The notes beneath the pieces are model-generated. The model was not told the DNA's origin. It ran no database searches and worked only from the letters and a program-made list of their open reading frames with translations. Both the position numbers and the translations under genes were made by a program. From the NCBI GenBank assembly GCA_964510055.1, contig CAZDZY010000001.1, positions 15,873-79,872 on the forward strand: a DNA stretch of 64,000 nt, written 5' to 3'. Every line of letters starts with the position of its first letter. The stretch's first letter is position 1. Shown piece by piece: positions 17,799 to 27,787 of this stretch. This DNA is from an uncultured Christensenellaceae bacterium (GTDB lineage Bacteria; Bacillota; Clostridia; Christensenellales; SZUA-584).

Positions 17799-19973
17799 TC
17801 ATCCAATATATTCCCGGCAGGCCTTTATCGCTTCCTCAAGGTCTTTTATGCTCGTATCGTCCCCAAGCACTTTATATCCCGGGCTTAATTGCCCGGAAGC
17901 GGCAAACAACCCCGCATTGCCAAACGCCGACGAAAATTTATTCAGTATGCCGTCCAGCTCAGCCGATACATCCCTGCGCTCATTCAGCGTGTCGGCCTTC
18001 GCCTCATATTCCCAGAACGATTCCGTGCCGCCCGCTTTAAGCGCGTCGATGCAGCGCTGCGCGTCGGCGCACAGCGCTTCGAGCGCCAAGGCGACTTCGC
18101 CCGTCAGCGGCGGCAGATATGTTATGCCGCCCGCGCTTATGGCGCCCTCGTCTTCGCACAGCGTTATTGGTTCGTCCGTATCCCTGCCGTAATAAAGTAT
18201 CCCTGGTTTTCGGAATATATGGATGCCGCCCTGTGCCGGAGCTATGTTTTGTACGCCCTGCGCCAGCTGTTCCTGCGTATCCACCCGGAAAAGTACATTA
18301 TCCGCCGTGATCGCGTACGGTATATCTTCTACGAGATAAAACTCCCGAACATCCTGCATCAGCAGTTCGCTCTCGCGGCTATCGATCGTAAACCTGTAAA
18401 GGCTTCCGCTTTTCGCGTCTTCGCTCTCGCGCTGCTGGTAATACATGTACTTTACAGATGTATCGAACGTGTTTTTGTATATATGTATCTCAGCAAACCC
18501 CGTATCGTTTACCTTTACGGGCTCACTCCACTGTCCGTTTTGTTTCTGCATAAAATATAGTACTCCATCCGATTCACACGCCACTATCGTCAGCCCCGGG
18601 TCGAACGCCAAATGAGCTGTATCCGTTTCCGATTCGTAAAGCTTGGTTTTTTCTTTTCCTGGCTGCTGCTCGAACAGTGTGATCTCTTCAGGCGCCCCTT
18701 GGTATAAACCAGTGCTGGATTCCCACATTAAAAACCGCTTTTCGGCGTTGGGCGGCAGCTCAGTATATAGATTTCCAAAGAACGGAATGAAACGAGCGTA
18801 CTTTGACAGCATCTGCTCCTTCTGCCCCGGCGCTTTGTAGTAAAGGCTGCCGTTTGACTCGACTAAAAAACTGCTGTCTCCGAAAACTGCCAACACAATG
18901 CAATCACCTGAAAAACGTTCGATACTTCCGCCGGGGTAAAATACATACAAAGGCGGAAGTGGCACTAAACCTCCGCCGAAATAAAGCATTTGCCCGTTGT
19001 CGCTGATATGCCCGTTACCGAACATGGCGCCGCTCAAAAGTGAGTTTTCCATGCGCGCTTCCACTTTTTTCGGCCCCCGCCCGCCGATCTTCACGTACAG
19101 CGTATAAACGCTCAGCGCGCTTATGTTTCTCGTCGTTTTGGCTACATAATATATATTAGCCGCATTAGGCGAAAATCCGATGTTATAGTCGAACGAATGC
19201 CCAAGGCTCGCGCCGTTGCAGTATTCTGAGCACACGCCGCCTGAAATGAATTCCGGCTCGCCTGTAAATTCCCACGAGTACAGATCTCCCGTATCCTGAT
19301 CCCCGCAGACGTAAAGCACGCGGTTGCCGTTAGCGGAAAGCGCATACCATGAAACGCCCTGCGCTATAAACTTTGGTTCTTTCCATGACATATCGAGCGC
19401 GTACAGGCTGCCCGCCGATGCGCCGCCCGCGTATATCACGCGCTGCCCGTCGCCTGAAACCTTCGCGTCGCACACTCCCTGCGCAACCGGTTCCGGCTTG
19501 ACAAGCCCGCCGGCGGCAACGCGCATAAGGTCGCCTTCGCCCGTTGCTTTATTATGATCCGCCGTATAGAACAGCCATCCTTTATCCGCACAGAACTCTC
19601 CGTTAATGACGTCGCGGCCATATCCGTCTTTTATGATCTTCGCGCCTTCAAGCAGAACCGTGCGGCCGCCGCCCGCCATATAAGCCGATCCGCCCTTAGT
19701 ATAAAGCAGAGGTTCTATGGCGCTTATCCCGGCCAGCCCGCTGCCTGCGGCAGGCGCCGTGTCAGCGGCGCTTGTTTCTGCACTGCTGCTGCCTGCTGTA
19801 ATCTCCCGTTCCGGGGCGCTTGTCTCTGCATCGCTGCTTATGGCAGGCGCCGGAACAAAAACCGGGGCAAACACCATAATCAATACCACTGTTGCCAGCA
19901 ACACCGATAATCCCGCTGCCGCGATGATGACGCGGCTTATACGCCTCGGTTTTTCATTCTTTATCTCTTCCAT
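17799..19973 (-). CDS. N-terminally membrane-anchored extracytoplasmic protein with TolB/YWTD-like beta-propeller repeats
   Basis: TM helix VIIAAAGLSVLLATVVLIMVFAPVF followed by a Ser/Ala/Thr-rich linker. Blade-like motifs recur: GSLYAL, RVLYVCG, NIYYVAK, QMLYFGG, GSLYYKA, GVLYFMQ, GSLYRFT, GILYYGR. Confidence 0.6.
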   Translation of the reverse strand: MEEIKNEKPRRISRVIIAAAGLSVLLATVVLIMVFAPVFVPAPAISSDAETSAPEREITAGSSSAETSAADTAPAAGSGLAGISAIEPLLYTKGGSAYMAGGGRTVLLEGAKIIKDGYGRDVINGEFCADKGWLFYTADHNKATGEGDLMRVAAGGLVKPEPVAQGVCDAKVSGDGQRVIYAGGASAGSLYALDMSWKEPKFIAQGVSWYALSANGNRVLYVCGDQDTGDLYSWEFTGEPEFISGGVCSEYCNGASLGHSFDYNIGFSPNAANIYYVAKTTRNISALSVYTLYVKIGGRGPKKVEARMENSLLSGAMFGNGHISDNGQMLYFGGGLVPLPPLYVFYPGGSIERFSGDCIVLAVFGDSSFLVESNGSLYYKAPGQKEQMLSKYARFIPFFGNLYTELPPNAEKRFLMWESSTGLYQGAPEEITLFEQQPGKEKTKLYESETDTAHLAFDPGLTIVACESDGVLYFMQKQNGQWSEPVKVNDTGFAEIHIYKNTFDTSVKYMYYQQRESEDAKSGSLYRFTIDSRESELLMQDVREFYLVEDIPYAITADNVLFRVDTQEQLAQGVQNIAPAQGGIHIFRKPGILYYGRDTDEPITLCEDEGAISAGGITYLPPLTGEVALALEALCADAQRCIDALKAGGTESFWEYEAKADTLNERRDVSAELDGILNKFSSAFGNAGLFAASGQLSPGYKVLGDDTSIKDLEEAIKACREYIG

Positions 19974-19995
19974 GACCCCTCCTATAATAAAACGA

Positions 19996-20922
19996 TCAGC
20001 CCTTATCAGCTTTTCTAAGCGTTATCACTACTATCTCCGGCGGCGCAAAGAATCGCACGTGCAAATCGATGACCCCTACGCCCCTTGTCACATACATGGG
20101 CATACCGTTCACACTGAAAAACCCGGCAGCGTAGCTATTTACAGCATATGTACGGGCAAGCGGGCCGAGGAGCGGCAGCGCTACCTGCCCGTAGTGCGTG
20201 TGCCCGGAAAGCTGCAGCGCGAACGGAAACCTCGAGCAATCGTCTGCCTGCGCGGGCTCGTGCGCCAGCAGTATTGTAAAACACCCTTTTTGCGCAGGCC
20301 ATGCTGCCCCGCCTGAACCTGCGTTCCCCTCATTTATCGCGAGATGCTCCGGCCAGGGTTTATTACCGGCTATGCAGAAACCCTCCGCTGCCTATACGAA
20401 GCGGTTCTCCAGAACAATGAAACCGCCCTTTGTCAGTATCTCAAAAGCCGTACCCTTAGCCTCAAGGTCGTGGTTGCCGTATACTGCGTATTTGCCGAAC
20501 CGCGGCTTTATTTTCGCGAAGGCCGCGGCGACGCGGGCTGTATCCGGGCTGGTTTCCGGCGGCTCGTACTGCGTCAGGTCGCCTCCGAACAGCAGTATGT
20601 CCGGATTCAGAGCTTCTATATTAGCAGCGACGCGCTCCGCGTCCTCCGCGGAGAAACAGGAACCTGCGTGCAGGTCCGCGAAGAAAACGGCGCGCAGACC
20701 GTCAAGCCCTTCGGGGAGCCTCTCGTCTGCAATTTCAATTCTCGCAACCGTGAGCAGCGACGGCTCTATAGCGAAAGCCCATAAGATAACCGAAACACCC
20801 AGAATAATTAATATCAGTAAGTCCAATAATATTCGTTTCAGCCATCTTCGGCAGCGGATCGTTATCTTGCTGTCTGAAAACAGGTTGTTATACTTATGGG
20901 CAACGTAATATATTCCGGGCAT
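19996..20922 (-). pseudogene. Calcineurin-like metallophosphoesterase (YkuE-like) interrupted by one in-frame TAG
   Basis: ORF 20392..20922 (TM anchor, FFADLHAG, GGDL, GNHD) ends at TAG 20394..20392. The same frame then runs 131 more codons to TGA 19998..19996 and encodes the missing C-terminal motifs ILLAHEP and LQLSGHTHYGQ. Confidence 0.8.
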
Positions 20923-20929
20923 TATGACT

Positions 20930-22027
20930 TCAGCCCTTCATCGTCACCTTAAGCATAATGGGCCCTGAGCCGTATGTCTCTATCTCCACTGTACAGGCGC
21001 TGCCCGAATATACGTCGCCGCCCTGCGCGGTAAAGCCGCTGCTCAAAAGGAGCTGCCGGTAATCATCCAAAGCGGCAGCGGTACATTCGATCACGATCTC
21101 CACCGTATCCTCACCGAGGCTCATTGACGTATTTACCTTCCCGCCTGTAAACTCGGGCAAGCTGTCGGGCAGGTTTTCCGGCCATCCCTGATCGGGCATT
21201 GCCGGAGGCGTCGGGATGCCGGGTATTTCAGGCGCGCCGGTATTTTCCCCAGGCTTGTACTGTATTCCGACCGTGCCCGGCCCTAAGTTCAACAGCATTA
21301 CGAGCAGATCCCCCTTCGTAAAGTTGGTGCTGATTATATTATAGTTCTGGTCGGTCATTGTCCTTCCTTCCGTGAATCCTTCCGTTTTCAGCTGCGCGCA
21401 GTAATCTGCAAACAGATCCGCGTTTTCCGATTCGCAGCTTATTTCCAGCCTTTCACCTATCGTCATAACGCTTGTTACTTTACTGTTTGCCGGCTGGCTT
21501 AATATGCCGCTGAGCTGCGCGGGCCACTCAACTTTGTTTTTGATCTCAGTACCTTCGGGAAAGCCTTTGGGGTCTATATCGTAAGTGCCCATATCCGCGC
21601 CGTATTCTATAAACATCTTGTAGCTGCCCTTCGTTATCCTTACCGCGTCATATTTGCCCTCGCGGATATACCGTTCGATATCCTCCTGCGGCGTTCCGGG
21701 CTGCTCATAGACCACGAACTCAAGCGAAAATCCTTTTTGATACAGCAGCGCAAGGTAATTTTCGAACTCGTCTTCGGGCATGTTGTTGAAGAATATGCGT
21801 ATGGTGTTTTGGTCCGCCATTACGTCCGTTATATCCGCGGGTATCGGCGGTATGTCGTCCGGTATATAATCCGGCCAACCGGACGCCCCGTAGGAGAAAT
21901 ACTCCCCCTGCATCGAGAACCCCCCGGATGTGACGGGGCTTTGAGGAAGCATTGGCTGCTGAGGAGCGGCTGAACAGCCGCACAGTATAAGCACAAATGC
22001 CAGAACTGATAATATCTTTTTGATCAT
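20930..22027 (-). CDS. Lipoprotein of unknown function with three internally repeated modules of about 100 aa
   Basis: Lipobox LILCGC. SD AAGGAA is best spaced for ATG 22027. Repeated motifs: EFENYLALLYQKGFS, LFADYCAQLKTEGFT, ALDDYRQLLLSSGFT. Confidence 0.65.
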   Translation of the reverse strand: MIKKILSVLAFVLILCGCSAAPQQPMLPQSPVTSGGFSMQGEYFSYGASGWPDYIPDDIPPIPADITDVMADQNTIRIFFNNMPEDEFENYLALLYQKGFSLEFVVYEQPGTPQEDIERYIREGKYDAVRITKGSYKMFIEYGADMGTYDIDPKGFPEGTEIKNKVEWPAQLSGILSQPANSKVTSVMTIGERLEISCESENADLFADYCAQLKTEGFTEGRTMTDQNYNIISTNFTKGDLLVMLLNLGPGTVGIQYKPGENTGAPEIPGIPTPPAMPDQGWPENLPDSLPEFTGGKVNTSMSLGEDTVEIVIECTAAALDDYRQLLLSSGFTAQGGDVYSGSACTVEIETYGSGPIMLKVTMKG

Positions 22028-22261
22028 GAACATTTCCTTTCCCAACGCGCGCAAAGGCTAAGCCTTAAAGCGCATCTCAAATTTTGAATGATACCAGATA
22101 AAGGGTTATAAATATATGTATATATTATTCGGAAAATGGAAATATTGCAACAGGATTGTATATTATTGCCCGTATCATAGAGTTGGCAGGCGATCTGGGA
22201 TCTGTCTATGCTCACAAAGCATCTGCAATACAAAAAAGCCCGGTTGGGCTTCTTAAGTCTC

Positions 22262-22693
22262 TTATATCTTAAAATCCAGTATCACTCTCTCATAGTCCTT
22301 CTCCATCAGCTTCGAAGACATAATGAAGTCCGCCGACGCCCGGTTCATAGCCACGGGTATGTTGTAGAGCACGGCGATGCGCAGCAGCGCTTTTACGTCA
22401 GGGTCGTGCGGCTGCGACGTGAGCGGGTCCCAGAAGAATATAAGCACGTCTATCCCCAGCTCCGCTATAAGGGAGCCTATCTTCTGGTCGCCTCCGAGCG
22501 GGCCGCTGCGATACGCCTTTACCGGCAGCCCCGTACGCTCAGTTATAAACTTTGCCGTAGTGCCTGTGCCGCAAAGAAAATGCCCGCTGAGTACTTTCTT
22601 ATTCTTTACCGCCCATTCCGCGAGCGCCTCTTTACGGTTGTCGTGAGCGACCAGTGCTATGCGTTTCTGCGCGTTGATAGTATGCGTCTCCAT
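22262..22693 (-). CDS. mgsA: Methylglyoxal synthase
   Basis: Motifs IALVAHDNRKE, GTGTT, SGPLGGDQ, FWDPLTSQPHDPDVKALLR. GAGGGG SD precedes ATG 22693. Confidence 0.9.
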   Translation of the reverse strand: METHTINAQKRIALVAHDNRKEALAEWAVKNKKVLSGHFLCGTGTTAKFITERTGLPVKAYRSGPLGGDQKIGSLIAELGIDVLIFFWDPLTSQPHDPDVKALLRIAVLYNIPVAMNRASADFIMSSKLMEKDYERVILDFKI

Positions 22694-22798
22694 AAATATA
22701 CCCCTCAGAATCAAATGATATTATATACTCAAATTATACGCTACATATGTATGTTTTAACAGTAGCGGAATCGCCAAATCTTTTCTTGCTCAGAGTTG

Positions 22799-23170
22799 TT
22801 ATTCTTTCACTACGAAGCGGATGCCGCCTTTTGCGTTACTCCCCGTAACAGTGAAATGATATGTACCGGCCTCCTGTGCCTCGATTGAAAAACTGCACGA
22901 GGAAGCGTTATCTCCCCTGTATATACTTTCGCCATTTGCATCTGTTATGAGAATATCGACACGTCCGGATCTGTTCTCGATGTTGACGTCAATAACCATT
23001 CCCTGCTTAAGTTCCATCTCGTGCGTCATTGTTCTATTCAGTACTGAGTAATCCAATATAAACTGTTTATCGTTTCCTGTTTTGCTGCCGTCAAAAACCT
23101 GTTCCTGGCAGCCTGCTAAAGCAGCAATCAATAATGCGCTTATTATCAATATCAAAAAGTATCTCTTCAT
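22799..23170 (-). CDS. Small lipoprotein of unknown function
   Basis: Lipobox AALAGC after MKRYFLILIISALLI. The mature part, about 100 aa, is beta-rich. Confidence 0.6.
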   Translation of the reverse strand: MKRYFLILIISALLIAALAGCQEQVFDGSKTGNDKQFILDYSVLNRTMTHEMELKQGMVIDVNIENRSGRVDILITDANGESIYRGDNASSCSFSIEAQEAGTYHFTVTGSNAKGGIRFVVKE

Positions 23171-23204
23171 TTTCTATCCTCACTGTTACGTCAGACACAT
23201 TCCG

Positions 23205-24563
23205 TTACTTGTTCTCCTTGAGCCATTCTGCCACTGTCTCGAGGTGCATGCCGTGCGATGCCTTGACGAGCACTGTATCGCCTTTCTGTATCAGCTTTGG
23301 CAGCGCCTCTATAAGCGCCTCCCTGTTCTCAAAGTGCAGCGCGTTCGCGCCCTGCTCTTGTGCGGCCTCATATATATTCTTCGAAAGCTTCCCTACGCCG
23401 ATGATTACGTCTATCCCCTCTTTCGCCGCGTGACATCCTACGCACTTGTGATATTCAGCCTCGTTTTCGCCGAGTTCGAACATGTCCCCCAGTATGCAGA
23501 CTTTTCTGCCTTTAGCTTTCGCCGCTATGCTGATAGAAGCAGCCATAGATGTAGGGTTGGCGTTATACGCGTCGCTGATTATCGTTATTTTCCCGGCCTC
23601 GATAATATGCATGCGGCCCGATGATGGCTCAAAACCGCTTATACCGCGTTGTATATGTTCTTCGCCGACGCCGAGTATTTCACCGACAGCGAGAGCCGCG
23701 AGGGCGTTCATCACCATATGCGCCCCGGGAGAAGGAACATGCAGCTTAGTCTCTTTGCCTTCATGGCAGGCAGTGAAGCTAACCCCGTCGAGCCCCATGT
23801 CAACGACGTCTTTAGCCCTTACTCTGTTGCCTTCGCCGAATCCGTACGTTACTGCGTCCGGGAAGCGCGCAACGAGCGTAGCGAGCAGCGGGTCGTCCCC
23901 GTTTATCACCACATGGCCATCCGGCTCCATAAATTCAAGCATCTCGGATTTCGCTTTCAATATGCCTTCCTTCGAGCCTAAAAACTCGAGGTGCGCCTCC
24001 CCTATGTTGGTCAAAACGCAAACTTTCGGGCGCGCTATCCTCGCAAGATTCGCTATCTCTCCGAAATGGTTCATACCCATCTCTATGACCGCCGCCTCGT
24101 GGCTGTGATCCAGTTTCATTAACGTTATGGGCACGCCCGTCTGGTTGTTGAGGTTACCTTCGTTTTTCAGCACGCTGTATTTCTGCTCGAGCACGCCGGC
24201 TATAAGTTCTTTCGTAGTAGTCTTGCCGACGCTGCCCGTAATTCCTACAACGGGTATGCCGAACAGCGAGCGGTAAAACTCCGCTATGTCCTGAAACTTA
24301 CGGAGCGTTGAGTTTACAAGTATATACGGCTCCTCTTCCAGCGGCTTTTCCGTAAGGCAGCACAGCGCTCCAAGTTCCCTCGCCTTATCGATAAAATCGT
24401 GCCCGTCGTGATTTTCTCCTTTGATGGGTACGAACATGAAGCCGGGCTGAACGGCGCGGCTGTCTATCGTAACGCCCGTTATTCTCTGCCCGAGCAGTTT
24501 TTCGTCTCCCGCGAATGCACCTTTACAGGCGCTAAGCGCCTGCCTCAGCGTAAATGGAACCAT
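23205..24563 (-). CDS. murF: UDP-N-acetylmuramoyl-tripeptide--D-alanyl-D-alanine ligase
   Basis: Mur ligase P-loop GITGSVGKTTTKE and motifs DSRAVQPGFMFVPIKGENHDGHDF, DAYNANP. Adjacent to ddl. Confidence 0.9.
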   Translation of the reverse strand: MVPFTLRQALSACKGAFAGDEKLLGQRITGVTIDSRAVQPGFMFVPIKGENHDGHDFIDKARELGALCCLTEKPLEEEPYILVNSTLRKFQDIAEFYRSLFGIPVVGITGSVGKTTTKELIAGVLEQKYSVLKNEGNLNNQTGVPITLMKLDHSHEAAVIEMGMNHFGEIANLARIARPKVCVLTNIGEAHLEFLGSKEGILKAKSEMLEFMEPDGHVVINGDDPLLATLVARFPDAVTYGFGEGNRVRAKDVVDMGLDGVSFTACHEGKETKLHVPSPGAHMVMNALAALAVGEILGVGEEHIQRGISGFEPSSGRMHIIEAGKITIISDAYNANPTSMAASISIAAKAKGRKVCILGDMFELGENEAEYHKCVGCHAAKEGIDVIIGVGKLSKNIYEAAQEQGANALHFENREALIEALPKLIQKGDTVLVKASHGMHLETVAEWLKENK

Positions 24564-24647
24564 GTTATTTCCCCTAAATCGATTCTATTATTATTGGGGC
24601 GGCTATTAGCCGCCCTCTGTTTACATCATGCTTCGTTTGTTACCCGG

Positions 24648-25685
24648 TTACTTTCTTATTTCCAGCGATAGCTTTATTATCTCTTCGCACAGCTGCTCAT
24701 ACGATATCCCCACGGCCTTCGCTTCCTGCGGTATAAGGCTCGTCGGCGTCATGCCGGGCAGCGTATTCGCCTCGAGGCAGTATATGCCGCCGTCTTTCCC
24801 CAGTATAAAATCGACGCGCGAATACACACAGAGGCCGAGTGTCTTATGCACTTTCAGCGCGATCTCCTGGATCTTCTTTGTGTTCTCTTCATCGAGCTCA
24901 GCCGGGCAGACCTCTTTCGTTATGCCGGCCTGATATTTATGTTCGTAGTCATAAAACCCTTCGTTCGGTATTATCTCTACGAGCGGCAAAGCCCTTTCGC
25001 CGAGTATGCCGCACGTGAATTCCCTTCCCTCAATGAACTGCTCGACGAGCACCTCACCTTCATAGCGCAGCGCCTCTTGTGCCGCAGATTTAAGCTCGGC
25101 CAGCGTCGCGGCCCTGGTTATGCCTATGCTCGAGCCCCCCGCGTTCGGCTTTACTATGCACGGCAGCGGGAATTTCGCTATGTCTTCCATATCGGCTTTC
25201 GTATATAATCTGCCTTTCGGATTGCATATCCCGACGTGGTCGAATAATTGTTTTGTGACGTTCTTGTTCATCGCAAGCGCGCTGCCCAAATACCCTGAGC
25301 CGGTGTATTTTATGCCCATTACGTCGAATATGGCCTGAAGCTTCCCGTTCTCGCCTATATCCCCGTGCAGCCCCATAAAAACAATGTCCGCCGCCTTGCA
25401 TAGAGGCAGTACGTTTTTGCCTATATCGCCGTAGCCGCTGTCGGGGCGCATCGCCTTTATCTTATCTATATCGGGCGCCAGCAAGGGTACTTTATATGGC
25501 TCCATCTGCCCCGATACGTTAAACGTTTCAAGAATATCCCCGGGGACCTCTTCCGCCCCAAAAAATAAGTCGACCAATATGGCTTTATGCCCCGCGCGCC
25601 TGAGCGCGTTGCAAATAAGCGTTCCGGACGTAAGCGAAACGTCCCTCTCGCTGGAAAGGCCCCCTGCCAAAACAACAATATTCAT
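24648..25685 (-). CDS. ddl: D-alanine--D-alanine ligase
   Basis: N-terminal IVVLAGGLSSERDVSLTSG, an ATP-grasp core (KPNAGGSSIGI, EQFIEGREFTCGILG) and the C-terminal LEANTLPGMT. Confidence 0.9.
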   Translation of the reverse strand: MNIVVLAGGLSSERDVSLTSGTLICNALRRAGHKAILVDLFFGAEEVPGDILETFNVSGQMEPYKVPLLAPDIDKIKAMRPDSGYGDIGKNVLPLCKAADIVFMGLHGDIGENGKLQAIFDVMGIKYTGSGYLGSALAMNKNVTKQLFDHVGICNPKGRLYTKADMEDIAKFPLPCIVKPNAGGSSIGITRAATLAELKSAAQEALRYEGEVLVEQFIEGREFTCGILGERALPLVEIIPNEGFYDYEHKYQAGITKEVCPAELDEENTKKIQEIALKVHKTLGLCVYSRVDFILGKDGGIYCLEANTLPGMTPTSLIPQEAKAVGISYEQLCEEIIKLSLEIRK

Positions 25686-25891
25686 TTACCAACCTCTTTT
25701 CTCACCCAAAAAACAAACTGTGATCAATGCTTGCCTTTTCCACCAAAAAGGAATAATTAAACTTATTTATTATAACACATTTTATTCACAGGCGTAAAAG
25801 TTTTGTTATTAATAATATATAGTTATTTAATCTTTTCCCCGTAGAGCGTCATATTGCATCAATACCGTTCGTGTGTTAGAATACATACAAG

Positions 25892-25938
25892 ATAGACACA
25901 ATCGTCTATTCCTCTGTATAATAAACAATATCGTCTAT
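25892..25938 (+). promoter_or_regulatory. Putative satD-like promoter with an overlapping inverted repeat and an extra half-site
   Basis: ATAGACacaatcGTCTAT at 25892..25909 overlaps a -35-like TAGACA. TATAAT lies at 25917..25922, and a further CGTCTAT at 25932..25938. Confidence 0.4.
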
Positions 25939-26032
25939 CATCAGGCTCAATAAAAACGCTTATAAAGCGGAACCTGAAAAGCATCTTGTATTATCAGTAT
26001 GATTTCCATATAATGTGTATGAGGTATTGATC

Positions 26033-26680
26033 ATGCTATACTGTGCGGTGATCGGCGATATCGTCGATTCCAGAAATCTGCCTGACCGGAGCGCCGCTCA
26101 GGACAGGTTAAAAAGCGTACTCGCAGCAATCAACGGCAGATACAAGGAATATATAGCCTCATCGTTCACTATTACGCTGGGCGACGAGTTCCAGGGGCTT
26201 TTATCCAATGCGGTCCATGCGTTTGATATCGCGGAATACATACAGCGCAAAATGCACCCCGTAAGATTTCGTTTCGGCATCGGCTATGACGAGTTGTTTA
26301 CCGGCGTCGACCGTAATGTTTCCATAGGAGCCGACGGCCCCGCGTATTACAGGGCGCGGGACATGATAAACAGTATCAAATCGAAAGAGAACAGCTTGCT
26401 TTCTTACCACCCCGAGATACTCTTCGAGTCGAAAAACTGCGACGACGGGCTTATCAATGCTGTTGCCGTACTATACAGGCAGCTGGAGAAAAGCTGGACG
26501 GACAAGCAGAGAAGATATATCGATCTTTTCCTTGACAATATAGAGAGCCAATACGCTATCGCAAAGCATTTTAACGTAAAGCAGCCGAGCGTCAACAAGG
26601 CGTTCGAGCGCGCGGGGCTTTATAAATATCTGTTTGCGCTCGAACAATTAAGAGATTACTTTATAAAAAATAATTTTTAA
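26033..26680 (+). CDS. SatD-family protein (N-terminal SatD domain, C-terminal HTH)
   Basis: YCAVIGDIVDSRNLPDRSAAQDRLKSVLAAIN...FTITLGDEFQGLL resembles SatD. The C-terminal QYAIAKHFNVKQPSVNKAFERAGL is HTH-like. GAGG SD precedes ATG 26033. Confidence 0.6.
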   Translation: MLYCAVIGDIVDSRNLPDRSAAQDRLKSVLAAINGRYKEYIASSFTITLGDEFQGLLSNAVHAFDIAEYIQRKMHPVRFRFGIGYDELFTGVDRNVSIGADGPAYYRARDMINSIKSKENSLLSYHPEILFESKNCDDGLINAVAVLYRQLEKSWTDKQRRYIDLFLDNIESQYAIAKHFNVKQPSVNKAFERAGLYKYLFALEQLRDYFIKNNF

Positions 26681-26690
26681 AAGAGGTCTT

Positions 26691-27431
26691 ATGCCGGAAG
26701 TATTTTATTTATACCTTTTAGGGCATGTTATCGGGGATTTCTATTTTCAGACGCAGGCCATAGCCGAGCGGAAGCAGGAGGATATCAAGGCGGCCTTCGG
26801 CCACTGCCTCCTCTACTGGATCGCGATGCTGATTATTTCCATCCCGCTTTTCCTCGCCTGCCCTGCGGCAGGGGCTATCGCGTTTGCCGCGGCAGGGCTG
26901 GCGCATTTCGTCATCGACCTTATCAAGCACGCGGCTGCGCGTAAAAATCCCGATTCATTTGCGGTATTTATTGCAGATCAGGCGCTGCATATCGCGGTGA
27001 TAATCGCGGGCTCTTATGCGCTGCAGCAGCTTATTCCCGCTGACGGGATATCCGGCTTATTTGCCGGCCTTAATATATCTTACCTGACGACTGTAAAGCT
27101 GCTTATAGTGCTGGCCCTCGCGGGAAGGCCGGCGAATATAGCGTTTAAAAAACTCCTGAAAGCAGCCAAAGCTGAAGACAGGCTCGCCGACGCCGCCTCT
27201 GGGCTAAAGAACGCGGGGGCTGTCATAGGCACGCTTGAAAGGATAATTGTCTGCGTGATGTTCTTTCTCGGCGAATACGCCTCTATCGCTATAGTGCTGA
27301 CCGCAAAATCAATAGCGCGGTATAACCGCCTGAAAACCGAGCCGAAGTTCGCGGAATATTACCTTATCGGCACCCTTTCCAGCATTACGTACGCGATACT
27401 TATTTCGATGCTATTCTTTCAGCCCGCATAA
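26691..27431 (+). CDS. DUF3307-family membrane protein (SatE-like partner of SatD)
   Basis: The N-terminal LLGHVIGDFYFQT motif and later HFVIDLIKH are typical of DUF3307. Lies 10 nt after the SatD-like gene. Confidence 0.6.
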   Translation: MPEVFYLYLLGHVIGDFYFQTQAIAERKQEDIKAAFGHCLLYWIAMLIISIPLFLACPAAGAIAFAAAGLAHFVIDLIKHAAARKNPDSFAVFIADQALHIAVIIAGSYALQQLIPADGISGLFAGLNISYLTTVKLLIVLALAGRPANIAFKKLLKAAKAEDRLADAASGLKNAGAVIGTLERIIVCVMFFLGEYASIAIVLTAKSIARYNRLKTEPKFAEYYLIGTLSSITYAILISMLFFQPA

Positions 27432-27537
27432 TGATACAAGAATAAACAGCATTGATATTTTGCTCAACGTACTCTATTGACACAAGAGCTTACAGGAATA
27501 AAGAAAAAATTTTCAATAAAATCCAGGGAGGCTTTCC

Positions 27538-27726
27538 ATGGCTTGCGATAACACGAACGAGTGCGCATGCACATATCCATGCCCGAGGCATAAGAAATGC
27601 TGCGAATGCGTGGCCTACCACCGCAGGGCGGGCGAAGTGCCCGGCTGCTTCTTCTCGAAGCAGGGCGAAAAGACATACGACAGGTCAATAGAAAGCCTGT
27701 ACCGGGACTGGCAGAAGAACAGATGA
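27538..27726 (+). CDS. Small Cys-rich cytoplasmic protein (DUF6485-like)
   Basis: 62 aa with 8 Cys in the first 37 residues ([35 protein letters not shown]). GGGAGG SD. Confidence 0.5.
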   Translation: MACDNTNECACTYPCPRHKKCCECVAYHRRAGEVPGCFFSKQGEKTYDRSIESLYRDWQKNR

Positions 27727-27787
27727 CCCATAAAAACGGGCAGACCTTTCTTTTTCAGAAAAACCAGAGCCCTTAAGGAGTTATATA

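Noticed and set aside
20392-20394. Pyrrolysine or genome-wide UAG reassignment as the explanation for the in-frame TAG.
   Set aside because: TAG ends several clearly complete genes in this window (LUD protein, BlaI-like repressor, large surface protein). No pyl or methylamine methyltransferase genes are seen. A local nonsense mutation, sequencing error or low-level read-through is more parsimonious.
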